The notes beneath the pieces were generated by a model. The model was not told where the DNA came from, did not search any database, and was given only the letters and a program-made list of their open reading frames with translations. A DNA stretch of 64,000 bases, taken from the NCBI GenBank assembly GCA_964016885.1, contig OZ024742.1, positions 281,976,001 to 282,040,000 of the forward strand, in the 5' to 3' direction. Origin of the DNA: Eledone cirrhosa. Its lineage: Eukaryota. Every line of letters starts with the position of its first letter. Position 1 is the stretch's first letter. Of the stretch, positions 41,301-56,680 are shown piece after piece. The translations under genes were made by a program, and so were the position numbers.

Positions 41301-42204
41301 GTCTCACAATTAACCTTGGCAAGACTGAGGTCCTGTTCGAGCCTTTACCTGCCTCCGTCACCCACCCTCCTTCCATCTCCATCGAAGGCACCCAGCTAAA
41401 GACGGAACGACTTCAAGTACCTCGGCAGTGTCATCAGCAGCGATGGAAGCCCCGACAAGGAGATTAATGCTAGGATCTGCACGGCCAGTCAAGCCCTTGG
41501 CCGCCCGAGGACACGCGTCCTGAACCAGCACAACATCAGGCAGTCCACCAAGCTCAAGGTGTACAAGGCCGTTGTTCTCCCCAGCCTCCTCTACGGATGT
41601 AAGGCATGGACCCTGTACAGAAGGTACCTGAAGCAGCTGGAACGGTTCCACATGCGCAGTCTGCAATCAATCATGAACATCAAATGGCAGGACAAGGTCT
41701 TCAACCGCAAAGTTCTTGACATGGCTGAAACAACCAGTGTCGAAGCTATACTACTGAAGAGCCGACTTCGATGGGTGGGACATGTCATTCGGATGGACGA
41801 TAACAGGCTTCCGAAGCAACTGATGTATAGGGAACTCTGTTCGGGGAAACGAAAGGGGGCAGGCCTCTCAAGAGGTTCAAAGACTGCGTGAATCCAGTCT
41901 CAACAACACTGGAATCGCCCCAAAACAAATCGAGTCCCATGCTCAGGACAGGACTGAGTGGCGAGCCCTTACCAGACGCGCCAAGGACTCTTTGAAGAGA
42001 AGAGATGGGCAGAGGTCACTGAGGCCCGTGAAAGGGCGAGAAAGGCATCAACAGCTGCCCCAAGCGACTCCGGTCTCTTCCCCTGCCCCCACTGTCCCCG
42101 GACCTGCAACTCAAGGATCGGCCTCTACAGCCACCTTCGTGCCCACGGCAGACGGGGACTAAAATAAAGAAGATGTCATTATCGTTCACGATGGACAACC
42201 AAGA
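38398..42204 (+). mobile_element. RTE-clade LINE, near full-length, decayed
   Basis: APE: GAWNVRTL..RPERRTALIAREL..DIAALSE, GGYTFFW, TDHRLV. RT: GKAPGMDGIPAE, NYRGISLLS, GVKHGCVLAP.LF, FADD, YKAVV..LLYG. C-terminal CPHC..SRIGLYSHLRAH. Many frameshifts and stops. Confidence 0.92.
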
Positions 42205-42224
42205 TTAGTGTATGTGGTAGGTTT

Positions 42225-42490
42225 CAGTTTACTACCAGGAGAAAAAGACCTCTATGCAAAAGTTGAACGTTGCTCTCCGACAGGTTTGCAGTCGAGCCCG
42301 TAGCAGTAGAGATTTCTGGTGTCTTTGGCACTATTGTCACCTCTCTCCTCACTGCCATAGACACAGAGCTGGCTACCCACAGCAGGGGGCCTCGTGAGCT
42401 GGAATGGCTCTTCCAGCGCATCTCCCTCATCATCCTCCGGGGAAACGTCTTCTCCATTCTCTCTGCTGGGGCCGTGGGGCGCCCAACGCG
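42225..42490 (+). mobile_element. CRE-clade RLE fragment
   Basis: EPVAVEISGVFG..LFQRISLIILRGNVFSIL. Confidence 0.7.
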
Positions 42491-42509
42491 TGGGCTTCTA
42501 TTTGCTAAT

Positions 42510-42674
42510 AATTGTTTCTACTTTTGGACCAAGGCCAGCAATTATCCCAGTGTATTACTGGTACTTTATTTTATCGACCCCAGTAAGGATGAAAGGCAAA
42601 ATTAACCTCGGCGGGATTTGAACTCAGACCATAAATGGCCATAACTCTTGACTGCAAAGCATGGCGTCCGACCC
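42510..42674 (-). mobile_element. Nin-domain-like SINE
   Basis: Matches the family consensus seen at 13575. Confidence 0.8.
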
Positions 42675-43853
42675 GAGAGATGGGAAGAGCTGGAGAGACG
42701 GAGGCGGTGACTGTGGGAGTTTGGTTCCTTTCTGTTTGGACCCGGTGCACATGTGTGTGTGACTGATTTAAAAGGTTTTTTTTTCCTCCTTTGAAGGTAA
42801 TTACGTTTTGTAGTACTGAGATTAATCTGTTAATACTCTGAATTTCATGAATATCTATCACTGATCACGTAAATTGAGAATGACAAGCCGACTGGAGATT
42901 GTCATTAATTTTTACCAAATGAAACCATTTGGAAATATTTGTTTTACTGCAGAACTTCTAAACAGAGAGATGCTATGTATTTAATTGTTTGTATTAATTA
43001 TTTGTTATGAGAAAAAGAAAATAATTGGCAAAGAACAATTATTCGTACGCAGACTAAATGGCGTTTCTAAATCCACCGAAAAAAACATTGTATCGAACAC
43101 AAACGCGTTTTTATAGTCAGTTGGCAGGAAAAAATTAAAACATATCAATTTATCAGCAGAATACGTTTATTTCATAAGAAGTAAACAATGATTTTCTTAT
43201 ACAAAATAACAAACTTGAAGAAATTATACGACTCTAATAACGATAGCAGCAATAACAATAACTCTCGCACACGCGTTTTTTCAAGAAGATTGATGGTAGT
43301 AGAGTCTGAAATGAAAAACAGAAATTCTTTAGCTGGAGTTTTCTCAAACAAACCGCCTGTAAATATGATACATCTGAAGGAGGAAAGTCTGTCGGGAAAA
43401 GCTGTGTGATAAAGGTAGATGCATATGTAACTTGTCATCTGTAACCTTTGGAACAGCGATAAGAAAGAAAATAACGCTTGACGCGAGAGTGTTTCTCGTA
43501 AGCTCAAAAATGTAATTGCAGGTAGCCGTGGGTCAGATGTAGAATAATATATTATTTCTAGCCAGGGGAAGATTTTAGAAAATGAAATTTACAACTCAAA
43601 ATTTTACTCAAGTCTAGCTAGCCTCTTACAAGGTTACATCTCCTATGAGGTTTCTTGGTTGTTTTAATGATGGAAGCTCCAAGTCTATTATGAAAAGCAA
43701 CGGGATAGGATATGTAATGCACAAGAACACTTCGAATTGTCCAGTCTCGGAATTGAGGCCACGACCTAATGATCGTAGATCCAACCAGAGTGGTCGCTAG
43801 TTCACGTGCCTCCATGCTTTCATTTAGCCGAAGGAATATACTATGGAAGGATA

Positions 43854-43972
43854 TTTCTTCTTCTTCTTCTTCTTCTTCTTCTTCTTCTTCTTCTTCTTCT
43901 TCTTCTTCTTCTTCTTCTTCTTCTTCTTCTTCTTCTTCTTCTTCTTCTTCTTCTTCTTCTTCTTCTTCTTCT
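43854..43972. repeat. (TTC)n microsatellite
   Basis: Direct reading. Confidence 0.97.
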
Positions 43973-43990
43973 AGAACAGATGATTTCAAA

Positions 43991-44862
43991 GTGGATTGGC
44001 AGTATCGGTAGAAGGCCGGGCGCCATGCTTTCCGGCATAGTTACGTCCCTTTACAGTCTGAGTTCAAATCCCGCCGAGGTTAACTTTGCCTTTCATCCTT
44101 ACTGGGTCGATAAAATAAAGTACCAGTAATGCACTGGGGTAATTTTTGGCCTTGAGCCAAAAGTAGAAATAATTATTATGTGTACAGCTGGAAAGGTGGG
44201 AAGGTATCACCATATCCACGGTTCCTCTACTCCCTCCCTAAAATAGTAATGAATAATGGTTTCTGATTTATGCACCAGGCCAATAATTTTGTGGGAAAGG
44301 GAAAGTCAATTAAATCGACCCCAGTCGACCATGTAGGGATGAATGGCAAAGCTAACCTCAGCAGGATTTGAACTCAGAAAGTAAAGGGACACAATTCTAT
44401 GCTGCAAGGCATGGTGTCCAACGCTCTACCGATAAAGCCAATACCTACCTCTTTTGCTTTGCGAGAAGAAAAAGGAAATAGAAAACGAGCAGTGGTGTTT
44501 GACTGTTGGTGAAAGCGGAAATGACAAGAAGTGGAAAACACAGAGATGATTGTATGAATAAATTTTCTCTGTAAATCATTTTTTGTTTTATTTAATATCT
44601 TATTAAAATTTAGGGGATTGGGATTGTCTGTAAAATACAGGTGTGAGTACTGTGGTTTGGGGGTGGAAATATTATTAATATACAGGAACAAATAACATAC
44701 GGTTGCGCCTCTTTACGATCTGAGTTCAAATCCCGCTGAGATGAGCTCTGCCTTTCATCCTGACGGGGTCGATTAAATAAAGTACCAGTAATGCACTAGG
44801 GTAGATTTAATTGACTTTCCCCTCCCCCCAAATTGTTAGCCTTGTGCCTATATCAGAAACCA
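43991..44862. mobile_element. Cluster of three Nin-domain-like SINEs: 43991-44175(+), 44257-44437(-), 44711-44862(+)
   Basis: B-box gagttcaaatccc and gcctttcatcct..gggtcgat core in each copy. Confidence 0.8.
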
Positions 44863-45541
44863 ATATACAGTACAGGAAGAAACGTTTCTGAAAACCACTG
44901 CCGTTGGCTGTTTTTTGGCCGCTTCCCTTGATGTAGCTGTTATTTTAATAACCGAAAGTACGAAAATCTAAACAAAAAATAATAAAGAATAAAGTAAAAT
45001 AGATCCTTCGCCCCACCACCACAACACCATTCCCTTTTCCCCCCATAAACAACAAAAGTCAAAGAACAATGAACAAAATACACATTTTATAATTCAGCAT
45101 CTCTAGTAGATAGTCACATGGTGTGAAATAAGTCTGGAGATGAATGGAAATTTTCTAAGGACGTCAATCGCCACTGAAAGGTCAAAGAAGACAAATATGA
45201 TGGGTGACAAGTGAAATGAGTCTTTCGGAGATACTTAAACTCAACTTCCGCCGGAAGCTTGATGTCCTTTCGCACGAGGCCATTTTCTTGGGAATGTCTC
45301 TTTTGATGCCTTAAGTGATATTGTATACGCGGAACATACAAGTGCGTGTGAGTATGCTTGTGTTTGTGTATTATATGTGTGTGTCTGTGTGTCTGTGTGT
45401 CTGTGTGTCTTTGTGTCCCTGTCAGTCTATCTGTGATTGTGTTTGAGAGTGTAATCTGAGTCCATGTCAGCGTTTGTCTAAACAGGTGTGCGTTTGTGTG
45501 TGTGTGTATGTGTGTGTGTGTGTGTGAGTGTCTCTATGTGT

Positions 45542-45588
<47 letters not shown>

Positions 45589-45688
45589 TGTGTCTGTGTG
45601 TTTACATCGCTTCTGTAATGTGCTAAAAAATGTTAATTTCCACGCAACTACACACAAAAGCACGCAACACAAGAAAGAGAGAAATGTG

Positions 45689-45778
<90 letters not shown>

Positions 45779-45920
45779 ATGTATGTGTGCGTCTGTCTAT
45801 GTGTGTGTGTGTCTGGGTGCGTGAGTGTATTTATGATGGAAATAATTCTGACAAATACATTCCACAGTAGAAAGATATTTGCTTTCCGTATGTATACAGA
45901 AACACACACACACACACACA

Positions 45921-46299
<379 letters not shown>

Positions 46300-47197
46300 A
46301 AAGAATATAGGTGTAACACACAAGTTATTATATATTGGTAAACGGAATAGAAAATGCTGACAAATTGTTCACAGTTGAAAATGGTTTAATTAGGAATAAA
46401 AGAGTATTAGTAATTGTATGGGTTAGTATTCAGTTGTGGTTTTAAGTTTTTAAGTTTTTACCGGTTGCGCATTTCTAAATGCTTTTCAAAAATAATTTTG
46501 AGACAGAGTGTCCGTGCTGTTTGCTCTGATCTCAACTTACATGGTGGCTGCCACCTCGTTTTCGAGTACGGCCACTACTTTATATCGATGTAGGAGAACC
46601 CTTACCGATGCGCTGAACGAGTGTGACTTTTTAGTCCGGCCAGCGACTTGAAAACTCTGGTACAAACACTACACTTGTGACAATTATTGACACATAGTGC
46701 TGGGCCCATGGTACCATGTGACGACAAGTGCAGAGAGATCTCCAGATATAAAGCAATGCTTGTGCCGTGAAGCTTTTATAGTGAGCAAAGGCACTGCACA
46801 AAGCCAGTCCCACTCTCTTAACCAAGATGATATTTACCAAAAAGAAGAACAAGTCAACATCATTGGATACCATCAGAGTTGCAGGTGTTATCTCAGAGTT
46901 TTCCTTCTCCTAGAATTCTGCCTTGACAAAGGCTAAGGGGTCATCTCTCCCAGTGATTTTCGATGGCCATTGACTCTTAAGAGCTCCTTTGTCCTTTGAC
47001 AGGTTTTGTTTTTAGTCCTGCAGGATGTCCAAAGTCACCCTCCTCACCAAGAAACCTTGGTGGGGTTGCCAGTTTAGTCGCCAACGAGCCGACCATGAGA
47101 CAGGTTGTACTGGGATACATGATACATACATACATACATACATACATACATACATACATACATACATACATACATACATACATACATACATACATGA

Positions 47198-47630
47198 AAT
47201 CTGCAGATACTCCACTCTGATTACACCTTCAGATGTATGCCTGTGATTATTGGGGCACTGGGATATGTTAGTAACTGCCTCAATACAAATCTTGAGAAGC
47301 TAGGCTTCACAGGAACAGAAAGAACACAACTAGTTAGGAAACTACAAGTAGAATCCATTAATGGAACAGTAAAAATATGTAAAACATTCCAAAAATGTTG
47401 CATCTAATAACTGCATATACACATGTACAGATACAAAGCATATACACATGCACACATACAACTCAAAACAAACACATCCACACATACAATAACATCGATA
47501 TCTACACATGCATGCATACATACATATCTACCTAGTTTATGTGTAAATTCCAATGAGAGAGTCTTGTGTCTATGTTAGAAACCGACTCTCTCTCTATTGG
47601 TAAAACTTTGTGAAATTATAAAACCAGAAG

Positions 47631-47633
<3 letters not shown>
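47198..47633 (+). mobile_element. 3' end of an RLE-type non-LTR element (R4/Dong-like)
   Basis: [48 protein letters not shown], stop at about 47407, then 3' UTR, between microsatellites. Confidence 0.65.
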
Positions 47634-47723
<90 letters not shown>

Positions 47724-47724
47724 G

Positions 47725-47802
<78 letters not shown>

Positions 47803-48634
47803 CATATATTTATATATATATATAAATATATGTATGTATGTATGTATGTATATATATATGTATGTATATCGATTTGAACTATTTCCTATCTGAAATACTT
47901 AGCAAACCAAAGTTGAGATAATTGGGTGATAAGCGGAGTCTTATTTTTAGAAACTAATGTCTGAAAATATTTTCTGACTTAAGATGTGAAAAATGATGAT
48001 GGTGGTGATGATGATGATGTTGAAGGTGATCCGGATGGTGGTCAGAATGGTGATGATGATTATAAAGATCATGACGATTATGGTTATGATGATGAGGATC
48101 GTGATGATGATATAACAGACGTAAATGTTGATGATGTTGATGGGTAAAAAAGATGACATCAGCAACAACAATAACAATAACATGTCACCTCTGTGTGCCA
48201 GTGCACTTATTGTCCCCCTCCCTTTTCAATATTTTCTATATTTCATCTGCCTGTCATCTACCTTTTGGATTGCCTCTCTGTTGACCACTGCCCTCTGAGG
48301 CATTTTTGCCCATCGCTATCTTTAACAGCATTTAGCTGTTGTAATGACTGTTCTAGCGATGAGGCTTCTCATTTTTATATGTATTCAATCAAATATAATC
48401 ATGCTTTGTCTCGATCAGAGACAACGTCGTTTTATGAAAAATAATTATTCTTTTTAGCATTGGCAAAAGACCAGTAATTTGGGATAAAGTCGACCACATC
48501 GACCGCAGTACTTGACTGGTACTTTATTATATCGACCGAAGAACAAAGGAAGACAACGGCAAGGTTTGAACTCACAATAGAAAGGGAGTACATTAAATAC
48601 ACCGAATGACATTCCGTTTGACACTCATAATAGT

Positions 48635-48849
48635 GATTTCTACCATAGGCACGAGGCCAGCAATTTGTGGAGAGGGGAAATTCGATGAAATCGACCTTAG
48701 TGCATTACTGGTACTTTCTTGTATCGATCCCGTGAGAATGAAAGAAAAAGCTAACCACGGCGGGATTTGAACTTTGATCGTAAAAGGCCGTAACTCTATG
48801 CTGCTAAGCATGTTGTCTGACACTCTACCAATTCTGCCAATCACCGCCC
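48635..48849 (-). mobile_element. Full-length Nin-domain-like SINE with TSD
   Basis: TSD tttgacactc(a)ataatagt at 48617-48634 and 48851-48869. Confidence 0.82.
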
Positions 48850-49670
48850 TTTTGACACTCAATAATAGTACAATGTAAGTTCATCTTGGTAGATCTTCCA
48901 TCGGTTTCGACGATGAGCTTTTAATTGAACGTTCAGTTCGTGCATTAGCGTGTAGCTTCATTTTCGAACAAGGCAAAATAATTGTGGCGCAATACATAGC
49001 GAGGCTGGACACTAGAATTACATGTAGAATCCGTTCCACAGGTTTCCATACAGTTCCATCTACCCAGTCCCACACACACATGTTAGGTCAACCTGGGGCT
49101 ATAATAAATAGGGCTTCACTAAGTTAACATACAATGGGATGAATCTAGAACCTTATGATTGCGAAGCGAACTTCTTAACCACTCAACCAAACCTGTCTCA
49201 TCTCCATATACACAGACCAAATAACACACTGCAAGCCTACCATTATTTTCCATTACAAATTGTATGAATATTTGACATAGCAATACAAAATAATTGTATC
49301 GATGTATAGAAAGCGAGCAGTAAAGCTAAGAAATTACTACACTGACCTAGCAGTTGAATTAAATAGATTATAACAGCTAAGGAATGTGTCTATCAACCCA
49401 TTTATAATTTGTAAGTCTAGAACGCTATATGACCGCTCCTGTAAAGAGAGAGAGACGTATTATCTATAATGAGGCCCGTGCAGAGTTGTTAATAGACACA
49501 GGCCAAACGTAAAGTGTAACACCTCTCACCAACCCCGAAAGCTGATAACACTTGTTCCGGCGCAGCATGCTCTGAGTTCAAATCTAGCCGATGTCAACTT
49601 TACCTTTCATTCTTTCGATGTCAATAAAGCACCCGTTCAATACTACAGTTGGTCTCACTCTCCCACCCCG

Positions 49671-49731
<61 letters not shown>

Positions 49732-49953
49732 TGATTGCGTTCCGTCCAAGAGAGAGATAGGCTCTGCTAGGTTTAAAGTGTCTACGACACACCATGTGTC
49801 AGAACAGCGCCCCTACGACTTTATCAAATGTTAATGGCCTTTCATACATTTTAAAACTAGAACATATATGAAACATGTGCCCTACTTCAAACTGTTCATT
49901 AAGTATATTAGTAATCAGGGCTAAACACATGTGATTTATGTTTTGTTTATGGG

Positions 49954-50007
<54 letters not shown>

Positions 50008-51291
50008 ATTACATACGTGAACATCTAGTGTGTACGTACTTAAAAATAACAACAAGCGTTACAATGCCATTTTCCTCGCAATTTTTTTACAGCCGGATAC
50101 CTTGCCTGGCACCAAACCTTTTAGTCGCCTCTTAGTGGCTTAGTTGTTAGAAAATTGGATTTACAACCGTAAGGTTGTGAATTTGAAATATTCACCAGTT
50201 GTTGCGTTATGTCCTCGAGCAAGGCACTTTATATCACGTTGCTCCAGTTCACTCAGCTGGAAAAATGAGTTTCGATGTCACTGGTGTCAATCTGTCTTAG
50301 CCTATGCCTTTCCCGTAGACGACATCGTTGGCGTGGAATGGAAATGGGTGACTGATGGTGTTCCACAAAAACATCTTGAACGCGTTTGTGTCTCAGAAGG
50401 GAACTTTCTAGTTGAGAAATCTATAGTCATTCGTGATCGAAAGGGGACTTTACTCGTTGTACAAGCACACCGTACACGCAGGCGTACGTTGTACTTGTAA
50501 AAAAATAAACGGATACCCGCAGTACTGTACTTACAAGTAACAGCACAGAATATAAGAATTAAAACCCTAGGTCTATGCCAAAATGACCAGCCCGACTTCT
50601 GCAATAGTCTGACGTATCTATAATGATAGATGTATAGCATGTTCCACAATATAGCAATAAAATTTTAATTAATGTTTCGGACATTTAAACACGTCATTAG
50701 TTAACCTTCAAAAATGTCATGCCCGACATCCGACATATACGTGCAGGTTGTATTAAGAAAAGAAAACAATTGCAGAATTTTTCAAACGGTAATATTTAAT
50801 ATTTGTTATTGTCACAGAGGCAACGATAAGGAGGTCATATCATTACAAGGGTGAATTACAAATATGGCGGAGGACGTTGTGCTTTTGTTTATGTTTTTGT
50901 TTGTTGTATTTCTTTCATAATTGTGAGGAAAGATAAAGAACATAGAGGACAAAACAAAGAAACAAGATTATTAGTAATATAACTAATAATAAAATAATAG
51001 TAATAGATATAATAAATATTATTATTATTATCAATTTTGTTGTTGATATTGTTGCTGATAATGTTTTTGTTGCACTTGCAAACACGATAAAGGAGACCAA
51101 AACACAATTTAAAAGATTTTCAACAAGGAAAACAATGAAACATATAAAGATATCATCATGACCATCTTGGGAATATATAAAAATATGTCTTTATGATATG
51201 TCTTTATGATATATATAAAAAAAAAAAAAATATATATATATATATATATAACGAAGGGAATGTGGTAAGGAACCAGATGGACCATAACGCA

Positions 51292-51325
<34 letters not shown>

Positions 51326-51360
51326 AACATATATATATACACACACACACACTCTTTTAC

Positions 51361-51404
<44 letters not shown>

Positions 51405-51776
51405 CAAATGTTGTGTTTAAAAAGGGAGGACTGTATAGTTATATTCCAGCATTAAGGAATCATATATATATATCCCCAAAATGGTCATGGGTGTACAAAT
51501 ATATATATATGGAGAGAGGGATAGACAAAGAGATGAATAGATAGATAGATAGATAGATAGATAGATTGTATATACATACATACACACGTACGTACATACA
51601 TACATACATACATACATACATACATACATACATACATACATACATACACACACACAGACATACACACATACATACATGCGCACACAAACACATACATATA
51701 TACATACATACACATATACATACATGCACACACAAACACATACATACATACATACATACATACATACATACATACA

Positions 51777-51807
<31 letters not shown>

Positions 51808-52102
51808 TCCCCTAGGAAATTCTATTTCTAAGAGTCATAAACTTAATATTATTATCAGCAAAAGAAAAAAAACCTAGTCATAAAGATTATATCAAATTAT
51901 TAATAGTTTGGTAGTAGGGGTTCCAGAGTTTTCCAGCCAGTGTGTGTTCTTTTATCGACCAACAAAACATATATAAGTCAGTCGTGCAGAACAAGGTGAA
52001 ATTATTTCCCCGTTGATAAAATAATAACGGCGGCCATAAATAATATTCGAAAGCGTCCGGTAAAGATTTCACATGATGGGCAGTAATCCTTGCATATATA
52101 TA

Positions 52103-52195
<93 letters not shown>

Positions 52196-52273
52196 AAGTG
52201 TGTGTATAATACATATATATATATATATATGTATTTGTGTATATATATATGTATATATCAATGTATGTGGGTG

Positions 52274-52307
<34 letters not shown>

Positions 52308-52358
52308 CGAGTCGTATATATATATATATGTATGTATGTGTATATATATATATACATG

Positions 52359-52437
<79 letters not shown>

Positions 52438-52525
52438 GCTTGTGTGTGTGTATGTGTGTGTATGTGTGTGTATGTGTGTGTGTGTGTATATACATGTATA
52501 TATACATATATACGTGTGTGTATAT

Positions 52526-52602
<77 letters not shown>

Positions 52603-52853
52603 CACTGATGAGGGACTAATTTTATAATATGTAACCCATGTGCAACCACGCAGTATCCTTCTTCCCATATTTTTCATATATATATATATATACATATATA
52701 CGTGTGTGTATGCATCTGTTTGTCGATGAACCACCAAGGACCAGCTGGTCAACTCTTTCTTGTCTTTTAATTGATTCTTTAATTGTTCCGTTTGTACACA
52801 CACACACACATACACACAAACACACACTCACACACAAACAAATATATATATAA

Positions 52854-52920
<67 letters not shown>

Positions 52921-53249
52921 TAACATAAGATCAAAAGATGGTTAAAAGAGTTCCAAGTACTTTATTATGCGCATTTCAATGTATATATGTATGTCTATAT
53001 ATGCTGTATTTGTGTTACAAACAATATACTTTGTTAATTTTATGTTCTTGTTTGTCGTTTGTAATTGGACAAATACAAATAGCCAGACGTAGAAATGGAC
53101 GCATCTTTGTCATAGTTTCTTGTAAATATCGTTTTAAATGGTCATCTTTATAACAACAATCGTGATAATATGAATATTGGAGGGAGAAAGTAGGTGGATG
53201 GATCAGGCGCTTAAGAAATACGAAAATGACCACGAAGTTGGTGTTGATG

Positions 53250-53430
53250 ATGAGAGAATCGTCTTAATGATATTGGATATGCGTGCGATAGAATGATAGT
53301 TGACAGGGTCAGGTGTGTTGGCCTTTCTTTGAAACAACATACCTTCAAGAATGTTTTTAAGTATCGGAATTTATTCCTGTAGAATCAGAAAGAATGCAGA
53401 GTTCATTGAGCATTGTGGTCTTGCTCGGGT
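53250..53430 (-). pseudogene. Very decayed non-LTR RT fragment
   Basis: Across frameshifts: ..STG...T*K...VVSKKG..DPVNYHSIARISNIIK, resembling KKG..PxNYRPIsxxSxxxK. Confidence 0.35.
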
Positions 53431-54243
53431 TGCAATATATAACGTAGTAGACATGACAGATAATTTCACTCCTGGCGATTTTTGTATGCAGATTGGTGAA
53501 TGTGGTGGTGTAGAATGGATAGATGTTGATATGATTTATCACTCTTGTGCAATGTGGAGTTGGGTGCAATGCGGGCAGCGAAAATGATGGCTTCCGTGAG
53601 ATGCTATGTAAAATGATATTCTGCAAAGTTTGTGAAGATCCTTTTGATGAAGAACCAAATAGATCTGTTGCAGTTTAGAAAGCGAGAGTGATTTTCGGCT
53701 GTATGATGTATGGAGGTATCCTTTGCTGTTCAAATAGTGACTTTGAAACAGTTGGGGTGTTAGGTAACCACTGTAATAGAAAGTGGTTTTCTGCGACCGT
53801 TTTAGGAATTGTTTTTGGTTTGATGTGGTGCAGCTAGAGGCATAACTAGGGAAAATAGTGCCTATGACAAGCAGTGAAATTGTGCCCCTTCCAAGCGCTG
53901 TATTTTTACCTATGGGCTCAATAATGTCTATAAAAGGTTTAAGGATCCAGCCAATATAGTGTTCTCATCCATAATAATCAGAGAGGGATCATACATCTGA
54001 AGGATTTTCTTTTTTCACTCTCCAACTAGGCTTATTTGACTTTAATAGAACATGCTCCTAGTCCAGGTGGAGCCCTTGGCTCGTGCCATGCTTGCAATAC
54101 CCTAGTAACGCCTCTGGGTGCAACCCCAGCATGAGTGATACACATGGGAGCCTTGAGATTTTATTCTGTATGGGATGTAGAAAGCTATGACTAAGAGGTT
54201 GGTTTCAGTCATAAGTTTAAGATGTGCACGTGTATGTGTAACA

Positions 54244-54319
<76 letters not shown>

Positions 54320-54354
54320 AAAAGTTTACATATATATATATACATATATATACA

Positions 54355-54765
54355 TATACGTGTTTTGCAACAGGTCACTTTGTGGCTCAATGAAAAATTA
54401 ATAAATTAAACAATCAGAGCTATATATCATAAAACATGTCTATAGAATCACAAGATAAAATATATACCATTTCCTCCCCCAATTAACATAATTAACTATA
54501 TAAAAAATCGAATAGACCAGGCTATAAGAAGGAGGCTTCTATGAAGAAGTCTTCAACAAATAACCGAAACTAACCCTTCGCGTCGGCCGCAACGGAATAT
54601 TTATCGAATATTTCGACAGCGTAATCGCCCAGATACAGTCAACTAAACAGAATTAGGTGTAAAATAAACAAAGCCTGGTCTATTCGATTTTTTATATAGT
54701 TAATTATGCTAATTGGGAGAGGAAATGGTATATAATTTATGTTGTGATTCTATAGACATGTTTTA

Positions 54766-54772
<7 letters not shown>
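54355..54772. mobile_element. Fold-back element with 150-bp spacer and tail
   Basis: Arms 54421-54523 and 54673-54772. Relatives at about 37090-37260 and 20255-20400. Confidence 0.75.
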
Positions 54773-54819
<47 letters not shown>

Positions 54820-54824
<5 letters not shown>

Positions 54825-54990
54825 AAAAGAGTCAGAATCCCGACGGCTGAGCTCCGGCCGTCTCGACAGATGTCGAAACGGCCGGAGCTCAGCCGTCGGG
54901 ATCCTGACTCTTTTCCTATTACCCACTCTACTACCCTAAGTATCGAGTACTCTGGTACGTTATGGTCCACCTGATTCCTTACCACACTTT

Positions 54991-54994
<4 letters not shown>
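54820..54994 (+). mobile_element. Family H fold-back copy
   Basis: Hairpin 54820-54919 plus tail. Confidence 0.82.
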
Positions 54995-55051
<57 letters not shown>

Positions 55052-55340
55052 CGGGTCTAAAAATGTATAAATGTGTCTGTGTATCCATATAACTAAAGGT
55101 ATGAGTCTATATATATATATATATATATAACTATACAAACTTACACACATTATATGTATGTCTGTATGCATACCAATATATCTACGTATGAATGTGGTGG
55201 TATGTTTGTATACAACTAAGCCTGTACGTATATACGTATATATATATATGTATAGCACTGTCTATAGACTTACACTTCATTATGAAACAAAGAGAGTGAA
55301 AATGCGAGTTTGCGTGTGTATGCGGGTGCATATGTCCTTT

Positions 55341-55466
<126 letters not shown>

Positions 55467-55730
55467 CTTGTGAATCATCGTTTGCTTTGAGATGTACCCC
55501 CATAACTTTTATGGTAGCAATATCTCAGGAAACATTTGCTTTATGAATCTAAAATATCTGGTACTGTTGTTGGGGAACAGCTGCAACTAGAGAAAATAAC
55601 ACAGAAGAATCGATCAAATACTCGATCGATCCCGATATATAGAGAGAGAAAGAAAGAGGGAAAAGAAGGAAGCGAGAGATATACAGACAGGCAGAGACTG
55701 CGAGAGAGGGATATATATATATATATACAT

Positions 55731-55825
<95 letters not shown>

Positions 55826-55875
55826 CGAAGGAAGCGAGAGATATACAGACAGACAAAGACTGTGAGAGAGGGAGG

Positions 55876-55944
<69 letters not shown>

Positions 55945-56316
55945 GTAGGTAGGTAAGTACGGAGGTAGGTAGGTAGGTAGGTAGGTAGGTAGGGAGGAAG
56001 GTAGCTAGAATGCCTCCACACAAGATGTCTGCTGGTGGATACAACAGTCGGAAGTGAAGTCTATAATAAATGTTTGTTTGAAAGTGTTATAGCTTCTGTC
56101 TGATAATTTTGTCTTCCTTACAGACATCAGGTCATTAAGACTTTCTACTTCATCGTTCTTATTATCATCAACATCAGATCATCATCATCATCATTTATAT
56201 CATTAATATTACTTTTGTTACTACTATATCACCATCATTATCATCATCATCATCATCATCAGTAGCAGCAATATCAACATCACCAACATCATCTCCTTAG
56301 TGTTATTATTTTGCTT

Positions 56317-56680
56317 ATTTGGCTAGTAGATTGTTTTTATCGGTAAAGCATCGGACAAAATACCTTGCGGTATTAAGTTATGATTTTCTACGATCTGAGT
56401 TCAAATCCCGCTAGGTCAACTTTGTTTTTCATAAACCAGGGGTCAATTAAATAAGTGCGAGGTAAGTACTGGAGACGATATAATTGACTTTCCCCATCCC
56501 ACAATATGCTGCCAACGTTAGAAACAATTATTATTATCATTGTGGATTGGCAGTATCGGTAGAGGGCCGGACGCCATGCTTTGCAGCATAGAGTTACGTC
56601 GCTTTACGGACTGAGTTCAAACCCACCAAGGTTAACTTTGCCTTTCATCCTTACGGGGTCGATAAAATAAAGTACCAGTA
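56317..56680 (+). mobile_element. Two tandem Nin-domain-like SINEs
   Basis: ctgagttcaaa B-box at about 56395 and 56611. Confidence 0.75.
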
